Under the pieces are notes generated by a model that ran no database searches, was not told the origin of the DNA, and saw only the letters and a list, made by a program, of their open reading frames with translations. Shown here one piece after another: positions 9,343 through 18,149 of a stretch of 64,000 nucleotides of DNA; within the stretch, counting starts at the first letter, position 1, and the number at the start of each line of letters is the position of its first letter. Position numbers and translations under genes: made by a program. Origin of the DNA: a virus. The DNA lies in IMG/VR virus record IMGVR_UViG_3300042691_015660; one strand, written 5' to 3'.

Positions 9343-9560
9343 TGAACACAGACGTCGATGATGTGCTTTTTAGAATGCGTAATCTAAAAGAATTCAAAGT
9401 TAAACGTACAATGGAAGATGACTTTATTTTAAATGGTAAAATGCCTTATGATGTTAAACTTGACAAAAATAATGTATTAACTGTAACATTAATGGCTGTT
9501 GATAAACAAGAAGCTGAACGACGAGTCAGTGAATTTATAGCGAGTATGAAAAATGATTAA
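9342..9560 (+). CDS. Hypothetical protein
   Basis: 72 aa ORF, TAATG coupling. Confidence 0.55.
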   Translation: MNTDVDDVLFRMRNLKEFKVKRTMEDDFILNGKMPYDVKLDKNNVLTVTLMAVDKQEAERRVSEFIASMKND

Positions 9561-9852
9561 ATGGTTTAAGAAAAAATTTAAACAATGGTCAATAGAAGCG
9601 TGGAATAGTGAAAGATTAGAAAAAGATGTATCGATAGGGATTGGCATTAGTACTATCGAATCTCGTTCTATTCATAGCGATCCTGTTCTCAATTTTACAA
9701 TTTATAATGCTATCGGTGGAAAAATTGTAGAATTTAGATATCATGATCGAAAAAGTGATCGCAGCCATACACAAATGTATATTATTGGCAAGGACGATGA
9801 TTTTGGTGAACGAATCGCAAAAATCGCTACACTAGAGGTACTAAAACAATGA
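9553..9852 (+). CDS. Hypothetical protein
   Basis: 99 aa ORF overlapping both neighbours. Confidence 0.55.
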   Translation: MIKWFKKKFKQWSIEAWNSERLEKDVSIGIGISTIESRSIHSDPVLNFTIYNAIGGKIVEFRYHDRKSDRSHTQMYIIGKDDDFGERIAKIATLEVLKQ

Positions 9853-10697
9853 GTAAAATAAAAATAGCAGAACTATTCTATAGCATACAAGGAGAAGGAC
9901 GCTTCATGGGTGTGCCTTCTATTTTCTTACGTACATTTGGTTGTAATTTTACTTGTGCTGGGTTCGGTATGCCACGTGGTGAACGTAGCACTGCCAACGA
10001 TGATATTGCGGAAGTAGTACATTTATACAACAAATATGAAGAACTTCCTATTGTAGAAACTGGCTGTGACAGCTATGCCTCTTGGGATCCTCGATTCAAG
10101 GATCTAAGTCCGGTATTAACAGTAGATGCTATTGCTGATAGAATAGTAGAAATACTTCCTGACAATAAATGGCGAGGTGTACACTTAGTTATTACCGGCG
10201 GCGAGCCTTTACTAGGCTGGCAACGTAGTTATCCAGACTTATTAAGTCATGAAAAACTAAAAAAATTAGAAGATATTACATTTGAAACAAATGGAACTCA
10301 AGAGTTAACTAAAGAATTTAAACTCTATCTATATAAGTGGACTCACAAACACGGTTATCATAACTTAACATTTAGTGTAAGTCCTAAATTAAGTGTTAGT
10401 GGCGAAAGTAGAGAGGATGCTATTCGACCAGATATTGTAAGGGAATACGAAGATTTAGGACATACCTATTTAAAATTTGTTGTAGCTACTAACGACGATG
10501 TAGACGAAGCTTTAGAAGTTATTAATTTGTACAAAAAAGAAGGATTTTCTGGACACGTATATCTAATGCCAGTGGGCGGTGTAGAAAGTGTGTACACACT
10601 AAATAATCGTCGAGTAGCAGAACTGGCGATGAAACATGGTCTTAGATATAGTGATAGATTGCAAGTTCCGTTATTTAAAAACGCTTGGGGAACTTGA
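9849..10697 (+). CDS. queE: 7-carboxy-7-deazaguanine synthase (radical SAM)
   Basis: ELFYSIQGEG, FLRTFGCNFTC...CDS, VITGGEP, FETNGT, SVSPK. Confidence 0.88.
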   Translation: MSKIKIAELFYSIQGEGRFMGVPSIFLRTFGCNFTCAGFGMPRGERSTANDDIAEVVHLYNKYEELPIVETGCDSYASWDPRFKDLSPVLTVDAIADRIVEILPDNKWRGVHLVITGGEPLLGWQRSYPDLLSHEKLKKLEDITFETNGTQELTKEFKLYLYKWTHKHGYHNLTFSVSPKLSVSGESREDAIRPDIVREYEDLGHTYLKFVVATNDDVDEALEVINLYKKEGFSGHVYLMPVGGVESVYTLNNRRVAELAMKHGLRYSDRLQVPLFKNAWGT

Positions 10698-11146
10698 TGA
10701 AAAAAATTATAAAAAAATTACTAGGTTTTGATAAACTAGAAGAAGAAAAAGAAATACTACAAGCAGCAAGAGACAAAGCTGTTGCTGAAACTGTACGAGC
10801 ACAAGAAGAAGCAGAAGATGCTAAAGAGCAAGAACGATTGGCTAAACTTACACCAAAAGATCGTGCTACGGAACTTAAAGAACCATGGGTAACTGTTTTG
10901 GATACTAAAGTTAACCCAGATAATATTAGAAATGGCTTTTTTGAACTTGACTGGAACGAGTATTTTGTAGTACAATTGAAGCAAGCTGGGTACGGATTTG
11001 ATGGTGATCCAGAAGAAGAAATTGTAGATCGTTGGTTCCGCGATTTAGCACGTAATATCTTGGCAGAGGAAGGACAAGATATTACACGTGGTGCTGGTTA
11101 TATTAACGTCATTCCTATCGAGAAAGGCCGTTCAGAAGTTTCATGA
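10697..11146 (+). CDS. Hypothetical protein
   Basis: TGATG coupling to queE; charged helical N-terminal half. Confidence 0.6.
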   Translation: MKKIIKKLLGFDKLEEEKEILQAARDKAVAETVRAQEEAEDAKEQERLAKLTPKDRATELKEPWVTVLDTKVNPDNIRNGFFELDWNEYFVVQLKQAGYGFDGDPEEEIVDRWFRDLARNILAEEGQDITRGAGYINVIPIEKGRSEVS

Positions 11147-12141
11147 ATTATATTTTAGTAGATACTGCTAACACATTTTTTAGATCAAGACATGTAGTAA
11201 GAGGCGATGCCGATATAAAACTTGGTATGGCTCTACATATAACCTTTAACAGTATTAAAAAAGCATGGCAAGATTTTAAAGGTAACCATGTTGTATTCTG
11301 CCTCGAAGGTCGATCATGGCGCAAGGACTTTTATGCTCCTTATAAAGCTAATCGAGCAGAAAGTCGTGCTGCCATGACTGTTAAAGAACAAGAAGAAGAT
11401 AAATTATTTTGGGAAACATTTGATCAGTTTAAAAATTTTATTATAGAGAAAACTAACTGTACAGTATTACAAAATTCACAACTAGAAGCCGACGACCTTA
11501 TAGCAGGATTTATTCAAAGTCATCCTGATGATAATCATATAATTATCAGTACTGACAGCGACTTTCATCAACTAATTGCTCCCAATGTTAGTCAATATAA
11601 CGGAGTGGCCGAAACTACAACCACGTATGACGGAATTTTCGATAAAAAAGGTAAACGGGTAATAGATAAAAAAACTAAAGCAGAGGTTTCGGCACCAGAT
11701 CCAGAATGGATACTTTTTGAAAAGTGTATGAGAGGCGACACAAGTGATAACGTATTCTCTGCTTTTCCTGGAGTTCGCACTAAAGGTACAAAAAATAAAG
11801 TAGGCCTCACTGAAGCGTTTCAAGATCGTAAAAGCAAAGGATATTCGTGGAACAATCTCATGCTGCAAAAATGGGTCGATCATGAAAAGAAAGAACATAG
11901 AGTATTAGATGATTATGAACGAAATCGTCGACTAATCGATTTAAGTTATCAACCGGATAACATCAAAGAGATTATATTAGAAACAATACGTACACAAACA
12001 AACGAACCTAAAGACATTAGTCAAGTTGGAATCAGGCTGTTAAAATTCTGCCAACTTTATGATATGAAAAAAATTATAGATAATATACAAAGTTATGCAG
12101 AACCCTTTCAAGCGAGATATACACATGAACATAAAAGCTAA
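11143..12141 (+). CDS. rnh: T4 RNase H-like 5'-3' exonuclease / flap endonuclease
   Basis: ILVD, SWRK..YKANR, EADD, STDSD, GDTSDN acidic PIN/FEN motifs. Confidence 0.88.
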   Translation: MNYILVDTANTFFRSRHVVRGDADIKLGMALHITFNSIKKAWQDFKGNHVVFCLEGRSWRKDFYAPYKANRAESRAAMTVKEQEEDKLFWETFDQFKNFIIEKTNCTVLQNSQLEADDLIAGFIQSHPDDNHIIISTDSDFHQLIAPNVSQYNGVAETTTTYDGIFDKKGKRVIDKKTKAEVSAPDPEWILFEKCMRGDTSDNVFSAFPGVRTKGTKNKVGLTEAFQDRKSKGYSWNNLMLQKWVDHEKKEHRVLDDYERNRRLIDLSYQPDNIKEIILETIRTQTNEPKDISQVGIRLLKFCQLYDMKKIIDNIQSYAEPFQARYTHEHKS

Positions 12142-12601
12142 ACCGATTGTCGATGGAAAGTTTTGGATTGTCGAAGAAGACGGAGAAAAAATTGGAACTC
12201 TTCATAAAAAAGAAAACAATAAATTTATGTTAAGTTCCAAAGGCGGAGAAAAATATTTTAATCGTAAGGATGATTTAACAAAAGTTTTTGGTAAAGATTT
12301 TTTTGAAACTAAAATTAAAACTCAGATTAGTCATACTGAGGTAAGAGAAGTATATGGATTCCCTACTAGCTGTTATCCATTTAATCCATTGTTTAATGTT
12401 CAAAAAAAATTACCGTTATTTACTAAAAGTTTAGCAAGTAAAAGTCTGTACTGTGCCGGCTACTATACAATTAAATTTGATAAAGGATGGGTAAAGAGTT
12501 TTTGTCCTAAATTAATTACTATCGAAAGATACGAGCACAGAGGACCATTTAAAACAGAACTAGAAATGAAACAGGCACTGTCCAATGCAAAATCCAATTA
12601 A
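12125..12601 (+). CDS. Hypothetical protein
   Basis: Likely ATG at 12125 (MNIKAKPIV). Confidence 0.6.
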   Translation: MNIKAKPIVDGKFWIVEEDGEKIGTLHKKENNKFMLSSKGGEKYFNRKDDLTKVFGKDFFETKIKTQISHTEVREVYGFPTSCYPFNPLFNVQKKLPLFTKSLASKSLYCAGYYTIKFDKGWVKSFCPKLITIERYEHRGPFKTELEMKQALSNAKSN

Positions 12602-12821
12602 TACACAACCTATACAAAGTTTCATTCAACAAGTAAAGGCAGCAGAATTATCTCAACAAAAAGAAATAAAATTGGATATTAAGACTGCCAAAATACTAAT
12701 GTATTGTGTAGCAGATGTAAATGCTCGACTATTAGAAAATTATGACGTTTTATTACAAAGAGTCTTACAAAATACAGGAGAAAGTGTTAATATCCAAATG
12801 GATGGTGGTGGCTTTAAATAA
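12585..12821 (+). CDS. Hypothetical protein
   Basis: 78 aa ORF ending MDGGGFK. Confidence 0.55.
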   Translation: MQNPINTQPIQSFIQQVKAAELSQQKEIKLDIKTAKILMYCVADVNARLLENYDVLLQRVLQNTGESVNIQMDGGGFK

Positions 12822-12828
12822 AAGCAGA

Positions 12829-12834
12829 TAAATA
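12829..12834 (+). promoter_or_regulatory. Candidate T4-like late promoter core (TAAATA)
   Basis: Intergenic TAAATA about 24 nt before the ATG at 12858. Confidence 0.4.
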
Positions 12835-12857
12835 TATACGTATATTTGGAGACGTAT

Positions 12858-13151
12858 ATGAGTAGGCCTAAACCAAAAGTGCTATTAGAGTACATTAATA
12901 AGAAAAATTATAAAAGCGAACAAATTTTAGAAGCAGAAGCTATTTGGGCAGTGTTTTATAACGGCGAGCCGTTTAATCTTAAAAGTGCTAATAGTCTAAC
13001 AAGTTATCCTGGTCCAAAGTATAAAAAAGTAAGCTTTAGTAATCCAGGTCATGCTTACAACTTAGCCAAAAAACTTAACCAGATGTTTAACTGTACTGAT
13101 TTCGAAGTATATAAACTAACCACCGGAACCGTTGTTCCCCATGATTTCTAA
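12858..13151 (+). CDS. Hypothetical protein
   Basis: ATG at 12858 after GGAG. Confidence 0.6.
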   Translation: MSRPKPKVLLEYINKKNYKSEQILEAEAIWAVFYNGEPFNLKSANSLTSYPGPKYKKVSFSNPGHAYNLAKKLNQMFNCTDFEVYKLTTGTVVPHDF

Positions 13152-13542
13152 AGAATCCTATACTAAAATATTTTTAACTCAAAAAGACCATAGTACCGAT
13201 TCCGCTAATGTAAAATTACATTTATATAAATGGTGGCAAAGTCATAGATCAAAAACAGAAGGCGGGCTCAGATTAAGTGAAGAAGGATTCGAATTTCTTT
13301 CGAACGAGCTAGAAATTAAAAGTTATACTGTACCTTTTACAGATCCAATTGATTTGAGTCCACAGGTTATTATCTTTTTCGACAGAAATATGGACTGCCC
13401 ATACTTTCTTACTAATTCAGCAATAACTGTTTTTTCAGAAAAGAAAAGTTTTGAACTTTATATGTTTTCTGACGATATACGTCGATATGGACTAGTAAAG
13501 GCTATGAATAAACAACTTAAAGATAACCAAATTGAAGAATAA
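13141..13542 (+). CDS. Hypothetical protein
   Basis: ATG at 13141 overlapping the upstream gene. Confidence 0.6.
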   Translation: MISKESYTKIFLTQKDHSTDSANVKLHLYKWWQSHRSKTEGGLRLSEEGFEFLSNELEIKSYTVPFTDPIDLSPQVIIFFDRNMDCPYFLTNSAITVFSEKKSFELYMFSDDIRRYGLVKAMNKQLKDNQIEE

Positions 13543-13555
13543 ATCAAAAAAGTCT

Positions 13556-13584
13556 TTGACAATGTATAGTTTCTACAGTATAAT
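13556..13584 (+). promoter_or_regulatory. Perfect-consensus sigma70 promoter
   Basis: TTGACA (13556-13561), 17 bp spacer, TATAAT (13579-13584), A-tract upstream; intergenic before the MoxR gene. Confidence 0.88.
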
Positions 13585-13648
13585 CACTTTACTGTAATAC
13601 GAAAATACAGAAAGAATTCTTTTTATTTTTTAACAACGAAAGGTAATC

Positions 13649-14752
13649 ATGAGTGAAGTAATTAGTCGTCAAGTTGGTCCGAAAGCTGCCAAGAAAGCTG
13701 TACAGCGAGCATTTAAAGCTAATAAAGGTATCGGACGTCCTATCTTTATTTGGGGTCCTCCAGGTATTGGTAAATCAGATATCATTAAGCAGATGGGTGA
13801 AGATCTTGACGCTCATGTTATTGATATTCGTTTGAGTCTTTGGGAACCTACTGACATCAAAGGTATTCCATATTTTGATAGCGATAATGGAAAAATGTCG
13901 TGGGCACCTCCTATTGAACTGCCAGATGCTGACATGGCAAAAAAACACAAAAAAATCATTTTGTTTATGGACGAGATGAACAGTGCAGCTCCTGCTGTAC
14001 AGGCAGCAGCATATCAGTTAGTTCTTAATCGCCGTGTTGGCACTTACTACTTGCCAGATAACGTACTAATCGTTGCCGCAGGTAATCGTGAAAGCGACAA
14101 GGGTGTTACTTATCGTATGCCTGCGCCTTTGGCTAATCGTTTTGTTCACTTAGAGATGAAAGTAGAATGGGATGATTATTTTGGTTGGGCTACTGATAAT
14201 CGTATTCATAAAGATGTACTAGGTTTCCTTTCTTTTAGTAAGAAAGATTTGTATGACTTTGATCCTAAGAGTGGTAGCCGTGCTTTTGCTACACCCCGTA
14301 GTTGGGCATTTGTTTCCGAATTGTTATTCGATGACGACGAAGATGAAGGTACATTGACTGATCTTATCTCAGGTGCTGTCGGAGAAGGGTTAGCCGTTAA
14401 GTTTATGGCACACCGTAAAATTGCTAGCAAGATGCCCAAACCCGAAGATATCTTGTCAGGCAAAGTTACTAAAATGGAATCTAAAGAGATTTCAGCTATG
14501 TATTCACTGACTGTTAGCTTGTGCTACGAACTCAAAGATGCTTGCGATAAGCAAGACAAGAAATGGAATGATAAAGTTAACAATTTCTTTAACTTTATTA
14601 TGAATAATTTCGAAACTGAGTTAGTTGTTATGGGTACTAAATTAGCACTTACACAGTATCAGCTGCCGCTAGATCCAGACGAAATCGAATGTTTCGATCA
14701 GTTTCACGCAAAATACGGCAAGTATATTGCAGCTGCTACAGATCGAAATTGA
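13649..14752 (+). CDS. MoxR-like AAA+ ATPase
   Basis: Walker A GPPGIGKS, Walker B ILFMDE, AAGN sensor I, LANRF arginine finger, TPRSW sensor II. Confidence 0.88.
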   Translation: MSEVISRQVGPKAAKKAVQRAFKANKGIGRPIFIWGPPGIGKSDIIKQMGEDLDAHVIDIRLSLWEPTDIKGIPYFDSDNGKMSWAPPIELPDADMAKKHKKIILFMDEMNSAAPAVQAAAYQLVLNRRVGTYYLPDNVLIVAAGNRESDKGVTYRMPAPLANRFVHLEMKVEWDDYFGWATDNRIHKDVLGFLSFSKKDLYDFDPKSGSRAFATPRSWAFVSELLFDDDEDEGTLTDLISGAVGEGLAVKFMAHRKIASKMPKPEDILSGKVTKMESKEISAMYSLTVSLCYELKDACDKQDKKWNDKVNNFFNFIMNNFETELVVMGTKLALTQYQLPLDPDEIECFDQFHAKYGKYIAAATDRN

Positions 14753-14763
14753 TTATTATTCGA

Positions 14764-14792
14764 TTGACAGGGCCTGCGGGCCCTGTTATAAT
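14764..14792 (+). promoter_or_regulatory. Perfect-consensus sigma70 promoter with extended -10
   Basis: TTGACA (14764-14769), 17 bp spacer, TGn-TATAAT (14787-14792); TAAATA at 14805-14810. Confidence 0.85.
14767..14790 (+). terminator. GC-rich hairpin after the MoxR gene, possible intrinsic terminator
   Basis: ACAGGGCC-TGCG-GGCCCTGT, 8 bp perfect stem at 14767-14786; only a weak T-tail. Confidence 0.45.
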
Positions 14793-14821
14793 GTATAAGT
14801 ACAGTAAATAACGGAGCAAAA

Positions 14822-15991
14822 ATGAGCTATTTAGATCCTGTAGTTGATAAAATTGTCGTAGCACGAGTAGGATTACTACTACGTCATCCATTTTTTGGTA
14901 ACATGGCCACTCGTCTTAAAATTATGGACGGTAGTGATTGGTGTCCTACTGCGGCTACCGATGGCCGTAACTTATATTATAATCGAGAGTTTTTCGAAAA
15001 ACTCACAAATAAACAAGTAGAATTTGTAGTAGCACACGAAATTCTTCATAATGTATTCGATCATATGATGCGTGTAGAAGGTCGAGATCGATTCATTTGG
15101 AATGCGGCTGCTGACTATAGTGTAAACGGTCAATTAATTCGTGACCGTATTGGCGAAGTGCCTCCAGATATTAAAATCTTTCACGATACTCAGCATTACG
15201 GTAAAGGTACTGAACAAATCTACGACGAAATTTTTGAGAAATACGACGAGGAACAATTAGCAGCACTTGGCCAATTACTCGATGAGCATATCGACTGGGA
15301 GAAAGAAGGCAAAGGTAATCGTCCAGTTTATTCTAAAGAAGAACTAAAACAGATTCGAGACGAGATCAAAGAAGCAACTATCCAAGCAGCACAGGCAGCA
15401 GGAGCAGGAAATACCCCTGCTAGTATAGCACGTATGATTAAGGATTTAACTGAGCCTAAAATGAATTGGCGTGAAATTCTGCGTCAACAAATTCAAAGTG
15501 TAATTAAGAACGATTATACTTTTATGCGTCCTAGTCGTAAAGCTTGGCATATGAGTGCTATTTTGCCTGGCACACAATTTGAAGAAACTATTGACATTTG
15601 CTGTTCTATTGATATGTCAGGTAGTATCAGTGACGAAATGGGTAAAGACTTTATCAGTGAAGTCAAAGGTATCATGGAAGAATACAAGGACTATAAGATT
15701 AAATTATGGTGTTTTGATACCAAAGTCTATAATGAAGCCGATTTTGACGGATATAACGACGACATTATGGGCTATGAATTAATGGGCGGCGGCGGCACTG
15801 ACTTTATGTGTAATTGGGAATATATGAAGGAACATGATATCAATCCTAAAAAACTGATTATGTTTACCGATGGTTATCCCTGGGACAGCTGGGGAGATCC
15901 AGACTACTGTGATACTGTGTTTATCATTCATGGTAACGACACAATTGTTCCACCATTTGGAACTCATGCGTATTACGAATTTAAGAAATAA
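14822..15991 (+). CDS. HEXXH metallopeptidase-like plus vWA domain protein (DUF2201-type MoxR partner)
   Basis: TAATDG, AHEILH, MIDAS DMSGS, GGGTDF, FTDG. Confidence 0.85.
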   Translation: MSYLDPVVDKIVVARVGLLLRHPFFGNMATRLKIMDGSDWCPTAATDGRNLYYNREFFEKLTNKQVEFVVAHEILHNVFDHMMRVEGRDRFIWNAAADYSVNGQLIRDRIGEVPPDIKIFHDTQHYGKGTEQIYDEIFEKYDEEQLAALGQLLDEHIDWEKEGKGNRPVYSKEELKQIRDEIKEATIQAAQAAGAGNTPASIARMIKDLTEPKMNWREILRQQIQSVIKNDYTFMRPSRKAWHMSAILPGTQFEETIDICCSIDMSGSISDEMGKDFISEVKGIMEEYKDYKIKLWCFDTKVYNEADFDGYNDDIMGYELMGGGGTDFMCNWEYMKEHDINPKKLIMFTDGYPWDSWGDPDYCDTVFIIHGNDTIVPPFGTHAYYEFKK

Positions 15992-16269
15992 TGGCACTTA
16001 AAAACGGAAAGGTAAATCCTTTGAATGCGCTGGGATTAAGAAGATGTAATTTCCCAGCGCATCATTTTCACTACATTATAGTGCCTAAATATAGTCCGTT
16101 AAGTTATAAAAGTATAGATAAATGGATCTATGCTAATCTAAATGGTAGATACTATATAGGGCAGTCTATTGATATCATAGATAATACTATCACGTATGTT
16201 TTGAAAATCGGGTTCGAGCAAGAGAAAGAAGTAAGTTTCTTCAAAATTGCGTGTCCTTTTATAAAATAA
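15991..16269 (+). CDS. Hypothetical protein
   Basis: 92 aa ORF, TAATG coupling. Confidence 0.55.
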   Translation: MALKNGKVNPLNALGLRRCNFPAHHFHYIIVPKYSPLSYKSIDKWIYANLNGRYYIGQSIDIIDNTITYVLKIGFEQEKEVSFFKIACPFIK

Positions 16270-16307
16270 AGATAATTAAACATATACTTTTATACTAAGG
16301 AGTAAGT

Positions 16308-16553
16308 ATGACTGACGAAAATAAAAATTTAGCAGAAACCACAGTACCACCGGCACCACCAGCTGATGCTGTAGCACCAACAGAAGCAGCAGAGCTTAAC
16401 ATAGCTGATTTAAATGCTATGAAGACTATTATCGATGTAGCAAGTTCAAGAGGAGCATTTAAGCCAGCAGAAATGACTATTGTTGGACAAACTTATACAA
16501 AGTTAAGTAATTTTCTAGATTCTGTAGCTAAACAGCAGCCAAAAGGAGCCTAA
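16308..16553 (+). CDS. Hypothetical protein
   Basis: TAAGGAG RBS; Pro/Ala-rich N-terminus, IIDVASSRGAF core. Confidence 0.65.
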   Translation: MTDENKNLAETTVPPAPPADAVAPTEAAELNIADLNAMKTIIDVASSRGAFKPAEMTIVGQTYTKLSNFLDSVAKQQPKGA

Positions 16554-16554
16554 T

Positions 16555-17169
16555 ATGGCTGATATCAAACATATAGGCAGAATTAAAGATAATGGTAGAA
16601 AATGTATTGTCGTTTTTAGAACACTACCCGGCGATGCCTTTAGTTGTTTAGTTGTGATGACCGAATCGTTAACTGATAGTTATCACGACTCATTAATTAA
16701 TCTCGTTGAATCAAACGCTGCTCAAGGAAATAGTGAACTCAGTGAAGTTTTAGCAAGGGCTGTATTTTCAGACGGCAGCACAATGCTGCCATCTTTGCAT
16801 GTAAAAGGATTACTAACTAAAGTTCCAACAAATGTTGTAGAAATGACTCCTAATTCTTCTGTGAATATTTTATTATCTGAGTTGAATCAGTTAATCGCAG
16901 AGCAAAGAGGTGTCAGTGTACAAGATTTAGCTCTACAACCAAATGCTCCTAATCCCGATATCGAAGTGAAAGAGATAGCAACTGCTAAAGATATTAGTCC
17001 AAAATCAAATAATACTGATCCATTAATAGATCAGTTGACATTAAATGACGAAGACTTAGCTAAAAAATATCGAAGCGATGCAGATCGATTAAGTAAAGAA
17101 GCAGCACAATTGAGAAGATTAGCGGAAGAACTAGTGCCTACAAAGAAAAAGGTAGCTGTAGCTAAGTGA
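16555..17169 (+). CDS. Hypothetical protein
   Basis: AGGAG RBS; C-terminal coiled coil. Confidence 0.65.
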   Translation: MADIKHIGRIKDNGRKCIVVFRTLPGDAFSCLVVMTESLTDSYHDSLINLVESNAAQGNSELSEVLARAVFSDGSTMLPSLHVKGLLTKVPTNVVEMTPNSSVNILLSELNQLIAEQRGVSVQDLALQPNAPNPDIEVKEIATAKDISPKSNNTDPLIDQLTLNDEDLAKKYRSDADRLSKEAAQLRRLAEELVPTKKKVAVAK

Positions 17170-17474
17170 CCATTGGGAAGAAATTTCCCAAAGAAGTTAT
17201 CGAACATTGGCCAGAAGTTTTTGGAGAAATTAATTTAAATGTTGTACCGCTACGATATTTAGATTCAATGACTGTGAAATTTAGAAACGGTAAGGTTTGG
17301 GAAATAGATTTAGCAAATAAGGACTGGGAATTGTTCGAGCCTAGCCTCAAAGATATGCTGTCCACATACGAAAGTGATATCGATAATGTAGATTTTAAAC
17401 TAGACACAGAAAGAATTAAAAAAGATATGATAAAATATACTAATAAATTTTTAAAGAAAAGAAAGCTTAAATAA
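17166..17474 (+). CDS. Hypothetical protein
   Basis: GTGA overlap, 102 aa. Confidence 0.6.
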   Translation: MTIGKKFPKEVIEHWPEVFGEINLNVVPLRYLDSMTVKFRNGKVWEIDLANKDWELFEPSLKDMLSTYESDIDNVDFKLDTERIKKDMIKYTNKFLKKRKLK

Positions 17475-18149
17475 ATGCATGTCAAACTCGTTTCCTACAG
17501 TCAGCCAACTAGCGACTATACCTCCATGGGAATCACAGATGCACAAGAGCTCATCGCCTTCTGTGCCCGAGTCTCAAACCCAAGTAATCAGTTCAACAAC
17601 GACACCAGTAGCAAGCTCATCCGGTACCTCGTACGACACAAACACTGGAGTCCACTCGAGATGGTTTCAGCTTGCTTGGAAATTACGACGACACGAGATA
17701 TTGCTAGGCAAATCTTACGTCACAGAAGTTTCAGTTTCCAGGAGTTCAGTCAAAGATATGCAGACCCTACAAAAGATCTTAACTTCGTTAGACGAGAAGC
17801 AAGACTCCAAGACACAACAAATAGACAAAACAGTATAGAAACTGACGATCAAGATTTACAAAAAAGTTGGGAAAGATGGCAGAATAATGTAATTACTGAA
17901 TCGCGTATGGCCTATAATTGGGCCATAGAAAACGGTATTGCTAAAGAACAAGCTCGTGCTGTATTGCCTGAAGGGTTAATTGAAAGTCGATTATACATGA
18001 ACGGTACATTACGTAGTTGGGTTCACTTCATCGAACTACGATGTGCTAATGGCACACAAAAAGAACATCAAGAAGTAGCAGTAGCTTGTGCCAAAGTTAT
18101 CGCTGATGTATTTCCACTTATCGAAACTATGAATCAAACTACTTCCTAA
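17475..18149 (+). CDS. thyX: Flavin-dependent thymidylate synthase
   Basis: HWSPLE, RHRSFSFQEFSQRY (RHRx7SxR), EQARAVLP. Confidence 0.95.
   Translation: MHVKLVSYSQPTSDYTSMGITDAQELIAFCARVSNPSNQFNNDTSSKLIRYLVRHKHWSPLEMVSACLEITTTRDIARQILRHRSFSFQEFSQRYADPTKDLNFVRREARLQDTTNRQNSIETDDQDLQKSWERWQNNVITESRMAYNWAIENGIAKEQARAVLPEGLIESRLYMNGTLRSWVHFIELRCANGTQKEHQEVAVACAKVIADVFPLIETMNQTTS
17479..17838 (+). CDS. Candidate overprinted ORF in the +1 frame of thyX (Ser/Thr-rich, 119 aa)
   Basis: Open from ATG 17479 to TAG 17838; thyX codons over this span avoid those that would create +1 stops. Confidence 0.35.
   Translation: MSNSFPTVSQLATIPPWESQMHKSSSPSVPESQTQVISSTTTPVASSSGTSYDTNTGVHSRWFQLAWKLRRHEILLGKSYVTEVSVSRSSVKDMQTLQKILTSLDEKQDSKTQQIDKTV

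Noticed and set aside
13562-13610. Possible LexA (SOS) box from CTGT/ACAG half-sites
   Set aside because: The CTGT-to-ACAG spacing is 11 rather than 8, and the best inverted repeat has the opposite orientation.
17166-18149. Read-through fusion of the 102 aa ORF with the in-frame thyX
   Set aside because: The TAA-ATG junction is ordinary translational coupling, and thyX is complete on its own.
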